Origin: a virus | IMG/VR virus record: IMGVR_UViG_3300005613_000004 | DNA: 64,000 bases | Direction: 5' to 3' (one strand) | Shown: positions 9,875-19,221 of the stretch, piece by piece | Numbering within the stretch: the stretch's first letter is position 1 | Layout of the letters: each line of letters begins with the position of its first letter | Position numbers and translations under genes: made by a program | The notes under the pieces: model-generated | Database searches by the model: none | Seen by the model: only the letters and a program-made list of their open reading frames with translations | What the model was told of the DNA's origin: nothing

Positions 9875-11764
9875 ATGAAATCTTTATCGCAATCGGAATA
9901 TGGAAAACTGAGAATTCTCTATGAGAATGTATATGCTTCTGAGTTTGAAAGTATCTTAGACGAATTCACCGATGAAGATCTTGATGATCTTACGGATGAG
10001 TATATTGAAGAACAAGTAACAGAGTTTTTCCAAGAGTGTTTGGACGAAGGTCTTGATATTGAGGTTGTTGAACAAACAATTTGCGAGTCAATTGATTCTT
10101 CATTAGATCTTTTGACAGAAAGAGTTGACCCAAAAGAAACTCAACGTAGAAGAACTCAGGCAAAAGATAGACTTGAAACTAGTAGAGCAATGAGATCTGC
10201 TGCTTCCAAACCAAAATCTTCTGCACCAGAGCGTGATGCAGGGGCAGTGGCAAGAGCAAGATTGACTTCCAAGTCTTCAGATAAAAAAGCAAATAGACTT
10301 GCTCAAGTCAAAAGTGCGGTCAAGAAAGTAGGAAAGGCAGTACAAGGTGGTGTAGGACTTGCTGCAAGGGCAGTGAGTACGGCACAGAGAGCAGGTAGTG
10401 CAGTTAAGAGTGCTGCTAAGAAAGGATATGAGAGAGGTAAGAAAGGTTCTGGTAGTGAGTCTTCTACAGATTCTTCAACTCCTTCATCATCCTCTTCGAG
10501 TGGTGAGTCTTCTACATATTCTTCAACTCCTTCATCATCATCATCTTCTTCGGGTACATCAGCAGCACCTAAGAAGAGAAAGGATGGTCTTTTGAAGAGA
10601 GGACTGAAGAAACTTGTTAGAGGCGTTGGTAAGGCAGCATCTGTTGGTGCGGGTGCTGTCAAGGCAGGTGCCGATTATGTAACCGATAGAGCAAGGAAAG
10701 AGCAAATGAACTACAACGACATTGCAACAATTCAAGAACTTTACAATCAAATGTATGCACCTCAAGATGTTGAGGAAGTCTACAAAGGCAAGCATGGTCA
10801 GTCTGACAAAGAATATGCCGACTCCCGATCTCAGGGTGGTAAGATGGTCTCTGGAACTTCTAAGATGAGTGGTGCTGAATACACTCATGGTCGCAGAGTC
10901 AAGGCAGCAAACCCTGGTATGCAACCTGATGTAGGTGGTAAGACCAAGCCCAAGTCACAGGGTAAGATGGATCGTGGCACTCGTGCAGATCTGGAGTATC
11001 GTAAAGCAAACCTCAAGAAAGAAGAACTAGAAGCAACCGGATTGTTCTCTGAAATGGAGATCGAAGCAATCATGGAAGCAGAAATGATTGATGAGAATCG
11101 TCGTGCTGCTCGTGCCGCTGGTGGTTATAAGGATGACAGTAAGAAGCAAACTGATCCTTCGAAGGATGGTTTCACTGGCATCTCTGGTTCAATCAAAGAC
11201 ATCATGCGTCAGAATAAAGAGATCGAAGCTAGAAACAAGAAGGCCGCCAAGAAAGAAGACTTCGGTTATGGTTATGTGGATGAAGAACTTACTGGTGAAA
11301 GATTAAAAAGAGCAGAAACAAAGATTAAATCTTTGGGAAGAAAAAAATCTACTCTTTCTTCAAGAGAAGAATTAAATAGGGTCATTAATTCAAAAGAAGG
11401 AACTGGGACCGAGGGTGGTAGAAAAGCACCAAGTAAAAGAGGTGGTGGTGGAACTAAAGGATACGGAAAAGTATCTGGAAGTGGCGGAGATGATATGGAT
11501 AGGGGTTCTGGAAACAAAGCAGCAAGAAGGGCAGGTAAGAAGGAAGAAGTTGAGGTTGAGGTTGATGAAGCAATGTCCTCTTATGATCGTAATCGTAAGA
11601 GAGCAGCAGAAAGAGCAGCAGCAAGAAATGCTGCCAGAGATGCTGGTAAGACTGGTGTAGTTCCTGGAGTCGGTTATGTAACTCCAAGAAGGGAGAGAGA
11701 AACTTATGTTGATTCTGCAGGCATAACCCGTCATAAGTCGGGTGCTAAGATGCCCAAAGACTGA
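9875..11764 (+). CDS. large modular charged protein, probable head-internal polyprotein
   Basis: Acidic N-terminus then K/R/G-rich modules separated by acidic linkers ending in E; TATAAATA at ~9838. Confidence 0.6.
   Translation: MKSLSQSEYGKLRILYENVYASEFESILDEFTDEDLDDLTDEYIEEQVTEFFQECLDEGLDIEVVEQTICESIDSSLDLLTERVDPKETQRRRTQAKDRLETSRAMRSAASKPKSSAPERDAGAVARARLTSKSSDKKANRLAQVKSAVKKVGKAVQGGVGLAARAVSTAQRAGSAVKSAAKKGYERGKKGSGSESSTDSSTPSSSSSSGESSTYSSTPSSSSSSSGTSAAPKKRKDGLLKRGLKKLVRGVGKAASVGAGAVKAGADYVTDRARKEQMNYNDIATIQELYNQMYAPQDVEEVYKGKHGQSDKEYADSRSQGGKMVSGTSKMSGAEYTHGRRVKAANPGMQPDVGGKTKPKSQGKMDRGTRADLEYRKANLKKEELEATGLFSEMEIEAIMEAEMIDENRRAARAAGGYKDDSKKQTDPSKDGFTGISGSIKDIMRQNKEIEARNKKAAKKEDFGYGYVDEELTGERLKRAETKIKSLGRKKSTLSSREELNRVINSKEGTGTEGGRKAPSKRGGGGTKGYGKVSGSGGDDMDRGSGNKAARRAGKKEEVEVEVDEAMSSYDRNRKRAAERAAARNAARDAGKTGVVPGVGYVTPRRERETYVDSAGITRHKSGAKMPKD
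10457..10552 (+). repeat. 48-nt tandem duplication encoding a Ser-rich linker
   Basis: gagtcttctaca(g/t)attcttcaactccttcatcatc starts at 10457 and 10505. Confidence 0.8.
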
Positions 11765-11784
11765 TACAAAACTTAAATAATACT

Positions 11785-11814
11785 CAGGGGGGCTTGACAA
11801 GTCCCCTTTTTTAT
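11785..11814 (+). terminator. hairpin terminator with TTGACA in the loop (terminator/early-promoter overlap)
   Basis: ggggggcTTGACAagtccccttttt. Confidence 0.7.
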
Positions 11815-11871
11815 TGCTAGACTAGGTTTGTCTCGGTTAAAGATAAATAGTAGCTCATTAATTTATATAAG

Positions 11872-12321
11872 ATGAGTTATGAGAACCCATGGAGATATGA
11901 TGATAAAGTTTTTGATTCCGATTCTATTTTGGATAACTTTGGGTTTGTTTACTGTATTACCAATATATCCACCAAACGCAAATATATTGGAAGAAAATAC
12001 TTTTGGTCATTTAGAACACCAAAAGGAAAGAAGAGAAAAGTAAAACAAGAATCAGATTGGAAATCATATTATGGTTCTTGTCCTGAGTTAAAAGAAGATA
12101 TAAAAAAGTATGGTAAAGAGACCTTCAGTAGAGAAATATTAAGCCTTCATGAAACTAGAGGTCTTTGTAATTATGAAGAGACTAAGCAGTTGTTTTTTCA
12201 TAATGTTTTGAGTGAGGCCCTTGACAATGGGATGCCTGCATACTATAATAGCAATATTCTCGGACGCTACATGCGTAAAGATTATGGTAACTTTGGAAGA
12301 CACCCTATCAGCGACTCATGA
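11872..12321 (+). CDS. GIY-YIG-family nuclease-like protein
   Basis: GFVYCITNISTKRKYIGRK (GIY-YIG variant) and YYGS. Confidence 0.65.
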   Translation: MSYENPWRYDDKVFDSDSILDNFGFVYCITNISTKRKYIGRKYFWSFRTPKGKKRKVKQESDWKSYYGSCPELKEDIKKYGKETFSREILSLHETRGLCNYEETKQLFFHNVLSEALDNGMPAYYNSNILGRYMRKDYGNFGRHPISDS

Positions 12322-12481
12322 GTGGGCAGTTGATAGAATGCACATTCTTTGTGAAATGAAGACTGATGATGTGTTAGACTCAATTGAGAATGCTCATGCA
12401 ATTCAATCTGAGTTTTCCGAATGGTTAGACCCTAACATTGAGGATCATGAAATTTATTCTTTAGAGTACCTCGGAGAATAA
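12284..12481 (+). CDS. hypothetical protein (start likely ATG 12284)
   Basis: MVTLEDTLSATHEWAVDRMH. Confidence 0.6.
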   Translation: MVTLEDTLSATHEWAVDRMHILCEMKTDDVLDSIENAHAIQSEFSEWLDPNIEDHEIYSLEYLGE

Positions 12482-12519
12482 AAATTTTCTATATACGTAT
12501 GTTGTTTTTATTATTTTAA

Positions 12520-13122
12520 ATGACCAAAATTATTTTTGTATCACTTTGTTTGACAGCATCTGCAGCATGTGCTTATCCTGCACTTAATGAGATAAATAAA
12601 CCTCTTGAAGTTGATGTTTCTGTAAATGAAGAGAATGCAATTAAATTAGAAGTTATTCAAAAAAAGTGGACATGTCCATCATGTAATGATAATGAAAAAT
12701 ATGTTCTATCAAAACTTCAAGAACATACTAAGATCTCTGATCGGAATGCCCTTGCTACGATTCTGGGAAACATTAAATCGGAAAGCAACTTTCATCCCAA
12801 CATTTGCGAGGGAGGGGCTAGAGTTCCTTACAATCGTTGCTATAGTGGAGGTTATGGTCTTATTCAATGGACAACTATAGGACGATATAATGGTCTTGGT
12901 AAGTTTTGTTCTAAATATGGTTGCGATCCAAGCAGTTTAGAAGGTCAAACTCGATGGATGATTAATGAACCTATCTTCCAGAAGTATCTTCCTATGTTTG
13001 AAGGACCTGGACAAACCGTTAGACAATACATGGTCCCGGCATACTACTGGTTGGGGTGGGGCATCAAAGGTAATCGTGAGTTATATGCTTATGATTACAC
13101 TAAAAAAATGGTATTTGCATAA
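12520..13122 (+). CDS. lysozyme-like muralytic enzyme (phage tail-lysozyme/endolysin family) with N-terminal signal/anchor
   Basis: ALATILGNIKSESNF, GGYGLIQWT; hydrophobic N-terminus. Confidence 0.8.
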   Translation: MTKIIFVSLCLTASAACAYPALNEINKPLEVDVSVNEENAIKLEVIQKKWTCPSCNDNEKYVLSKLQEHTKISDRNALATILGNIKSESNFHPNICEGGARVPYNRCYSGGYGLIQWTTIGRYNGLGKFCSKYGCDPSSLEGQTRWMINEPIFQKYLPMFEGPGQTVRQYMVPAYYWLGWGIKGNRELYAYDYTKKMVFA

Positions 13123-13128
13123 TTACAC

Positions 13129-13797
13129 ATGAAAAAATTAATTGTAGGATTACTAGCAGCAGCACTTTCAGTTCCTGCATTAGCAAAAGATCCAAAAGTA
13201 GAATGGTATACTCCAGAAGCTACAGGGTGTATGATTCTGGGAGAATGTAAAGAAGATGTCAAACAAATATACAATTTACTTGATGTGTCTTCTGAGTATG
13301 ATAATATTGATAGTTTTACTCATATTACTAATGAGTTCAACTTCATGCTTGTTTATCTCAACCAAATCGGAATTGATGTGTTTTTAGCAGATGAAAAGTA
13401 TTTTGCTCCACTTGCTAGAGGTTTATATCACTCCGAACATAATAAATTTTTCTTGAATAAAGCATTCATGAAGAGACCTAGTGCTTTGATGTCAGTGATG
13501 AGACATGAAGGATATCATGCTGCACAAGATTGCATGGCAGGAACAATTGATAATAGTTTTCTTGCTATTATTGAACCCGAAGAAAATGTTCCTCAGTATT
13601 GGCAAAATGTTGTAGAAGATAATTATCCCAAAGAAGCATGGCCATGGGAGAAGGAAGCAATGTGGGCGGGGCATACTGAAGGTATGACATTGAAAGCACT
13701 GAAAGCATGTGCATCAGATATTCCTATGTGGGAAATTTATGAACCTACACCTTTAACCCGTGAATGGTTAGTTAAGCAAGGATTTATGAATAAATAA
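13129..13797 (+). CDS. exported protein with HExxH motif, possible metallopeptidase
   Basis: Signal peptide MKKLIVGLLAAALSVPALA; MRHEGYHAAQDC. Confidence 0.6.
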   Translation: MKKLIVGLLAAALSVPALAKDPKVEWYTPEATGCMILGECKEDVKQIYNLLDVSSEYDNIDSFTHITNEFNFMLVYLNQIGIDVFLADEKYFAPLARGLYHSEHNKFFLNKAFMKRPSALMSVMRHEGYHAAQDCMAGTIDNSFLAIIEPEENVPQYWQNVVEDNYPKEAWPWEKEAMWAGHTEGMTLKALKACASDIPMWEIYEPTPLTREWLVKQGFMNK

Positions 13798-13892
13798 TAA
13801 AATCATACATAAGAAACCAGCCAAGAAGAGTTTCATGAGAATCACTTCTATGTTATAATTGGGAACTCTTTGTTGGATATTAAAACTCCGGT

Positions 13893-14087
13893 ATGACTAA
13901 TTTAACCAGAGACGTATTAATCAAAACTATTGTTGCTGATGAAATGAAAAGTTGCAATGGTGAAGAATATGCAAAAGAACTTAAAAATTCCTATCACAAA
14001 TGGGAACATGAATCAAGTGAAATTCTCTGTAAACAATATAATAAAATAGTCCATACAAATTTGACTGTTGAAGTACTGAACCCATAA
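13893..14087 (+). CDS. hypothetical protein
   Basis: ORF track. Confidence 0.6.
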   Translation: MTNLTRDVLIKTIVADEMKSCNGEEYAKELKNSYHKWEHESSEILCKQYNKIVHTNLTVEVLNP

Positions 14088-14093
14088 ATACAT

Positions 14094-14453
14094 ATGTTCA
14101 GAATCATCAGACAAATGCTTCCTAAAAAGAAGAATAGTCATGGGAATGATGATGAATTTCATTGGCATGAAGAAGGAATTTCTAGTTTTGTTAGGTTAAT
14201 TGTTCTTGGATGGACTGGTGCTATTTTAACCCTTAACTACGTATCAATTCCAGGTATTCCTCAGCAAAAAATTGATCCCACTTTTATTGCCAGTGTTTTT
14301 ACTGGAACCTTAGCTACTTTTGGTGTTACTCCATCAAAGTCTAATAGCAATGGAAGTAGTGGGCAGCAGGGAAAAGTGAATGCAGTTTCTGCTGCTAAGT
14401 CAAAGAAAGAAGATGATGATGATGATAAAGACAAAAAAATTTATGGTGTATGA
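14094..14453 (+). CDS. two-TM membrane protein
   Basis: LIVLGWTGAILTLNYV and FIASVFTGTLATFGV. Confidence 0.65.
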   Translation: MFRIIRQMLPKKKNSHGNDDEFHWHEEGISSFVRLIVLGWTGAILTLNYVSIPGIPQQKIDPTFIASVFTGTLATFGVTPSKSNSNGSSGQQGKVNAVSAAKSKKEDDDDDKDKKIYGV

Positions 14454-14770
14454 TGAAATTTGAACATAAGTTTGAATATGAATGGGGTGGAGAAGATACT
14501 TGGTATACAAAATCTAAACGATGGGCAAAAAAGCAAAATCCAATAATTAGAAGTTTGGTATTGGGTTTTATTGAATGGTTATGGATTAAGTGGATAGAAG
14601 GAAAAGTAAAAATGGAAATGTCTTCTGTTGATAAGCAAGCAGAAGAAATAGTCGATATGTGGGAAATTCAAGATAAACCGATTGTAAAATCAGAGAAATC
14701 TGAAGTTGAGGGACTAGATATTATTAGTATCTCTACTTTTGATGAATCTGATTCTTCGACCACTAAGTAA
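14450..14770 (+). CDS. hypothetical protein
   Basis: ORF track, overlap-coupled. Confidence 0.6.
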   Translation: MMKFEHKFEYEWGGEDTWYTKSKRWAKKQNPIIRSLVLGFIEWLWIKWIEGKVKMEMSSVDKQAEEIVDMWEIQDKPIVKSEKSEVEGLDIISISTFDESDSSTTK

Positions 14771-14942
14771 TACTGACAATGTTACATGGTCAATTATTTG
14801 GTGCATGATTATACTTCTTTTGGGTGTTTCTTATTGCATATATACTATTATGAAAGTAGCATATGAGGAATTAGAAGATGGGATCCATGATTCCCCCAAG
14901 CAGGAAGAGTTGTTACAATTTCAGAGTGATAGAGATCAATAG
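14739..14942 (+). CDS. small membrane protein
   Basis: One TM segment. Confidence 0.55.
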   Translation: MMNLILRPLSNTDNVTWSIIWCMIILLLGVSYCIYTIMKVAYEELEDGIHDSPKQEELLQFQSDRDQ

Positions 14943-15339
14943 AGTTGTTGACGGAGATACAATTGATGTCACGATTGATCTCGGTTTTGACCTTTATAAA
15001 AAGGAAAGAGTTAGAGTTGCTGGTGTGGACACGCCAGAAAAGAGAACAAGAGACCTTGAGGAAAAGGAACTTGGATACGATGCAACAAACTGGCTTAAAG
15101 AAAAACTCGAATCGGCGGTGGATGGCGATGATGATCTTATTATCCGTACTGAACTTGTTGGTGGTGTTGGCAAATACGGGCGTCTTTTGGGTTGGCTTTA
15201 CATTGGGGACAGAGATTTGTCCCTTAACGAACAAATGATTGCTGAAGGACTAGCGTGGGAATACGATGGGGGGACAAAGAAAAAAGATTTTGAGCAATTA
15301 AGGGAAATTCGCAGACAACATGGCACCCTTATTGAATGA
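14878..15339 (+). CDS. thermonuclease (SNase-like) family protein
   Basis: RVVDGDTIDV, RVRVAGVDTPE, GKYGRLLG. Confidence 0.85.
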   Translation: MGSMIPPSRKSCYNFRVIEINRVVDGDTIDVTIDLGFDLYKKERVRVAGVDTPEKRTRDLEEKELGYDATNWLKEKLESAVDGDDDLIIRTELVGGVGKYGRLLGWLYIGDRDLSLNEQMIAEGLAWEYDGGTKKKDFEQLREIRRQHGTLIE

Positions 15340-15575
15340 TGATAGAACCAGAAAGAAAAATTTTGAATAACTTAGAGAAATTCGTAGAGCAAATGGAACA
15401 CTCTTTTGAATTGACAATGGAAGATTTTACGATCATCCAAAATGCTTTACACTATTATAAAAAATCTGATAAAAGAGGCAAGTTCTCTGATTTTACAGAA
15501 CAAAGAATTAATCTTTTAAGAGATAAATTATCTTATCAACTTATTCCAAGTAAAAATAGTAAAAAGGATTGGTAG
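15336..15575 (+). CDS. hypothetical protein
   Basis: ORF track. Confidence 0.55.
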   Translation: MMIEPERKILNNLEKFVEQMEHSFELTMEDFTIIQNALHYYKKSDKRGKFSDFTEQRINLLRDKLSYQLIPSKNSKKDW

Positions 15576-15576
15576 A

Positions 15577-15846
15577 ATGCAAAAATTAATTAATACAATT
15601 GCACTTCTTTCTGGAATTGTATCTTTATCCGTTGTTGGTCTTGGTGGGTATCTTTATGTAAATAAGGATGCAATGATTGAGGAAGTTAGGTCCAAAGCAA
15701 CTGAAGAAATTACAAAGGCAATTACGGAAGCATTGCCAGGAATGATTAATTCTGCATTGCCAGAATTTCCTGACATGACTGGAGATATTATCCCAGAATC
15801 TACACAAACAGTGCCTAATGTAACAGGTGGTGCTATTCCTTTCTGA
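15577..15846 (+). CDS. membrane-anchored hypothetical protein
   Basis: N-terminal TM MQKLINTIALLSGIVSL. Confidence 0.65.
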   Translation: MQKLINTIALLSGIVSLSVVGLGGYLYVNKDAMIEEVRSKATEEITKAITEALPGMINSALPEFPDMTGDIIPESTQTVPNVTGGAIPF

Positions 15847-15894
15847 GATAATGATGAATATTGTTAAATATTATTAGTATAGTTTTTTTTTAAA

Positions 15895-16017
15895 ATGGCT
15901 GTGTCAAATTTGAAAAGAAAAAAAGTACGTAAAAGTGATAATGAGAATAAATTTTTTCTCTATGTAATTTTTTATCATATGTTTAGTGGAATTGCAGGAT
16001 TATTCAATCATGATTAA
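15895..16017 (+). CDS. small hypothetical protein (40 aa, not in ORF track)
   Basis: MAVSNLKRKK...GLFNHD; stop overlaps next ATG (TAATG). Confidence 0.5.
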   Translation: MAVSNLKRKKVRKSDNENKFFLYVIFYHMFSGIAGLFNHD

Positions 16018-16706
16018 TGGAAATAAAAGATATTAAGATACGGGAATTATCCATACCTGAAATTCCCGATTATTTGACGCAGATACCACAATCAATACCA
16101 ATTGCTCCTCCAGTAACAGTTCAATTGGGATTTCCTATTGTGGATCTTCCTGGATGTGTAGAATCTAATAAAGAAAAAAATCCAAAAAGCACGTCTTTAC
16201 TTAAAGATGATCCTAATGGAACAATAACACTTTGTGATGGTACTGTTCCATCGTTTAATCCTATAGAATTTACTCCTGAAGAATATTTAATTACACCTAA
16301 ATCAACTTTACCTCCTGTAAAACCTCCAAAGAATGATGCTAAGTTGCCTCAAGTTCAGGCACCAATAATTAAACCTGAGGTGGAAATTCCTCAGGTATCA
16401 ACTGAAGAGAAAGAGGTTATTCTTGAGGAGGAATCAATCAATATTATTGACTATTTGCCCCCAGTAGAATCAGTTGTATCAACTGCTGTTATTGCTTCTG
16501 CTGCTGCTACCAGCGCATTAGTTGCAAGACCACTTGCAAATCTTCTCTTAAAACTTATTAGACCTATAACAAAAAAAATAATTAAAAAAATATCTGATAA
16601 GTTTAGTAAACACGAAGAAATTTGGAGTGTTGCTGAACGAAGAGAATGGCAAAGAGAAAAAAATGAAGGTATTAAAGCATTAAGGAAGATTAGGGGGAGA
16701 AGATAA
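16017..16706 (+). CDS. Pro-rich hypothetical membrane protein
   Basis: LPGCV...LCDGTVPSFNPI; hydrophobic segment near C-terminus. Confidence 0.65.
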   Translation: MEIKDIKIRELSIPEIPDYLTQIPQSIPIAPPVTVQLGFPIVDLPGCVESNKEKNPKSTSLLKDDPNGTITLCDGTVPSFNPIEFTPEEYLITPKSTLPPVKPPKNDAKLPQVQAPIIKPEVEIPQVSTEEKEVILEEESINIIDYLPPVESVVSTAVIASAAATSALVARPLANLLLKLIRPITKKIIKKISDKFSKHEEIWSVAERREWQREKNEGIKALRKIRGRR

Positions 16707-17537
16707 CGAACCTCCAAGATCCTCAGCATTTCTTGATATTGGTGCTGGAATCGTATGTCTATGAGGAGGAATTACACCACCAGGATTTGTTACAATTACA
16801 TCAGCACAAATTGAATAATATGGACTTTTTGGATGAAAATAAATTCCATCCCTTTTTAATTGCCCACAATTTTTAAGTCTTGCGATTTCAAAATCTAATC
16901 TTTTATTAGCAGCTTGTTGTTTCATTAAAGCAATGTTGGCAGCAGCTGCCTCTTTACATTGCTTTTGTAAATCCTCATCTAATGGTTTTGACCAAGTGGC
17001 AGATAATCCTACACTTAAATTGTAATTATCTTTTTGACCAGTTCTTACTGGAACTTTATATAAAATATTTCCGGGATTATCTAAAGATCCATCTTCATTA
17101 AGGTCTCTTAAGTCAAATACTGGATCATCATAAGAACCTTCAAAAGGTTTCTGTGCTGAAATTGCACCTGTTACAAATGGTGTAAAATTGAGTGTAGGAC
17201 CTTGACACTGAATACCTCCACCATAGGTATTTGTAATGTAAGGTCCTTGAAGAACTTGTATAGCTTGGTTTGTAACTGAACCTGAACTATTAGCAACAGG
17301 AGCGGCAGTGGCAGATACACCACCAACTTCTTGAGCATAGGAGGGACTTCCTATTAATAAAGCAATTATTGGGTAAAGATACTTGTAGTTGTTGTAATAC
17401 TCTCTACTTCTGTTGTTCTTTGGATAATTGTTTGATTGCTTAGTCCAGGACCTTGATAAGTTTCTGAAAATTGGAAAGCGGCAGAATTGTCTTTGACTTT
17501 CCAACTGGGTTTGTTGTTTAAATTTAAATTTGTCCAT
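16680..17537 (-). CDS. exported hypothetical protein (true start uncertain)
   Basis: GGVSATAAPVANSSGSVTNQAIQVLQGPY...CQGPT, Cys-containing C-terminus. Confidence 0.65.
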   Translation of the reverse strand: MDKFKFKQQTQLESQRQFCRFPIFRNLSRSWTKQSNNYPKNNRSREYYNNYKYLYPIIALLIGSPSYAQEVGGVSATAAPVANSSGSVTNQAIQVLQGPYITNTYGGGIQCQGPTLNFTPFVTGAISAQKPFEGSYDDPVFDLRDLNEDGSLDNPGNILYKVPVRTGQKDNYNLSVGLSATWSKPLDEDLQKQCKEAAAANIALMKQQAANKRLDFEIARLKNCGQLKRDGIYFHPKSPYYSICADVIVTNPGGVIPPHRHTIPAPISRNAEDLGGSLSSPPNLP

Positions 17538-17812
17538 GATGAGGTCACCCCATTTATAGTATTTGGTGTTGCTGTAACATCCGGTGTTATGCTCGAACCA
17601 TTCATTTGAACATTAGTTCCAGTCACACTATATTGATATCCTGTATTATAATTTATAGAATTTATTGTTTCACTAACTTTGGATTTTGTCTCTGTTGTTG
17701 ATGTTTGTGAACCTTGTGTGAAATTGGGAACAACAGGGACTGCTCCTGCAGGTTGAAGCAGTCCGTGAATAATTCCCAATATCAAACCCAATCCAATAGA
17801 TTCTTTAATCAT
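17366..17812 (-). CDS. exported Thr/Ser-rich hypothetical protein
   Basis: Signal-like N-terminus then VPVVPNFTQGS. Confidence 0.7.
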   Translation of the reverse strand: MIKESIGLGLILGIIHGLLQPAGAVPVVPNFTQGSQTSTTETKSKVSETINSINYNTGYQYSVTGTNVQMNGSSITPDVTATPNTINGVTSSWTNLNLNNKPSWKVKDNSAAFQFSETYQGPGLSNQTIIQRTTEVESITTTTSIFTQ

Positions 17813-18312
17813 CTAATGGATAGTTCAGATACGAATTGTCCTGTAGCACTTGTTCCTGCTCCACCAGCAGTTAAAGTACCAATACCACCTGAAGAATCTA
17901 CACTTCCTGCAAGAGTTCCTGCAACACCTCCTGAAGTTGTTGTGACGATTCCATATGCTGGAAGGGAACTCACAACACCACTTGTTACTGTTGATCCTGA
18001 ATTAATTACATTAACAGCATCACCTTGTGTAAATGATTCTGTGAAGGTGATTGCTGCACCATCATTGGTTTGAGAATAAGTTCCTGCATTCATCGTTGCC
18101 GCAGCAGTTGCACTTCCTGGTGCAGATAATCCTCCGAGAGTTGCTGTAATATTATTACCAGAAACTGAGTAAGTGCTTCCAATTCTTGTTGCCTGTGATG
18201 CTGCTGCATCAACTGTCAATTGAACACTGGAGGATAATTTACTGGTAATATCTGCATTTGCTGCTGGTGCCATCAAAAACATCATTCCTAAGAAAAGTAG
18301 AGATTTTTTCAT
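17809..18312 (-). CDS. exported Gly/Ser/Thr-rich hypothetical protein
   Basis: Signal peptide ending APAANA; ADITSKLSSSVQLTVD. Confidence 0.7.
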   Translation of the reverse strand: MKKSLLFLGMMFLMAPAANADITSKLSSSVQLTVDAAASQATRIGSTYSVSGNNITATLGGLSAPGSATAAATMNAGTYSQTNDGAAITFTESFTQGDAVNVINSGSTVTSGVVSSLPAYGIVTTTSGGVAGTLAGSVDSSGGIGTLTAGGAGTSATGQFVSELSIR

Positions 18313-18390
18313 TTATTCGATGCAATGGGGTTTGAAATTATTTAGCATTTTTAACTTCATAAATAATCGTGAATTATTGAATTTGAACAC

Positions 18391-18618
18391 ATGAATGAAC
18401 AAGTGAATCATCTCCAGCAATTAGTGGAACAAAGAGATAAATTAAGAACCGATCTTGAAACTCTTTCTACACAAACTTCGAGAAAAAGAGAACTTGCACT
18501 TAAAACTCAAGGTGCTATTGAGTATCTTGAGGCAATTGGAGTTACACTGCCAGAACCAGAAGCAGAAGAAAAAGCAGAAGCAGCAGCGACTGAGGTTGTA
18601 GTCCCAGAAGAGGGTTGA
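18391..18618 (+). CDS. small coiled-coil late protein
   Basis: ATAAATA late-promoter-like site at ~18359; QGAIEYLE. Confidence 0.6.
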   Translation: MNEQVNHLQQLVEQRDKLRTDLETLSTQTSRKRELALKTQGAIEYLEAIGVTLPEPEAEEKAEAAATEVVVPEEG

Positions 18619-18689
18619 CGCACAGGGCAAGAGGGATTATAATAACTGAGTTGAGGGGGGAAAGGCATTGCCACTCCCCTTAATTCTGA

Positions 18690-18763
18690 GGGCAAGTAGT
18701 TCAGCGGATCAGAATAGCGCACTTCTAATGCGTAGGTCGGGGGTTCGAATCCCTCCTTGCCTG
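18690..18763 (+). tRNA. tRNA-Arg(UCU)
   Basis: Acceptor gggcaag/cttgcct; anticodon arm gcgca-cttctaa-tgcgt; TTCGAAT. Confidence 0.95.
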
Positions 18764-18786
18764 TTGGAAACCTTATGTTTCCTTAT

Positions 18787-18860
18787 TCCCCTGTAGCTCA
18801 ATCAGGCAGAGCACGAAGCTGTTAACTTTGGGGTTACTGGTTCGATTCCAGTCGGGGGAG
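18787..18860 (+). tRNA. tRNA-Asn(GUU)
   Basis: Acceptor tcccctg/cggggga; anticodon arm cgaag-ctgttaa-ctttg. Confidence 0.95.
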
Positions 18861-18863
18861 TTT

Positions 18864-18935
18864 GCCCTATAAGCATTGAGGCGATGCAGCGGTTTTGTAA
18901 ACCGCAGAGGATGGTTCGATTTCCGTCATAGGGCT
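18864..18935 (+). tRNA. tRNA-Thr(UGU)
   Basis: Acceptor gccctat/atagggc; anticodon arm gcggt-tttgtaa-accgc. Confidence 0.88.
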
Positions 18936-18963
18936 TGACAGAATACTCATTCTGTCTTAAAAT
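18935..18963 (+). promoter_or_regulatory. sigma70-type early promoter containing a stem-loop
   Basis: TTGACA-N17-TAAAAT; gacagaat/attctgtc inverted repeat. Confidence 0.7.
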
Positions 18964-19005
18964 CCCTTCCGTGTGAAGAGGTCGGGAGTTTATCTCCCAC
19001 CACTT

Positions 19006-19076
19006 GCGAAATTGGTGTAGTGGTAACATCCCATCCTTCCAAGTTGGTGTCACGGGTTCAAATCCCGTATTTCGCT
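19006..19076 (+). tRNA. tRNA-Gly(UCC)
   Basis: Acceptor gcgaaat/atttcgc, U73; loop cttccaa. Confidence 0.92.
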
Positions 19077-19221
19077 TTCTGGTTTTCCGTAAAACCAGAA
19101 TTTATACTTAGTATAAATACTTAACCTTTTGTAATAATATAACAATAGGTAACAAACAGAACTAAGTCGAAGTTCTTTTCATCTGTGGGTAATCATTCCA
19201 CAAGTAATTAAGGTAACTATT

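Noticed and set aside
11872-12321. T4 denA (endonuclease II) orthologue
   Set aside because: It is GIY-YIG-like and near nrdB, but I cannot see EndoII-specific similarity; left as a generic nuclease
18802-19053. 83-aa minus-strand ORF
   Set aside because: It is the antisense of three tRNA genes
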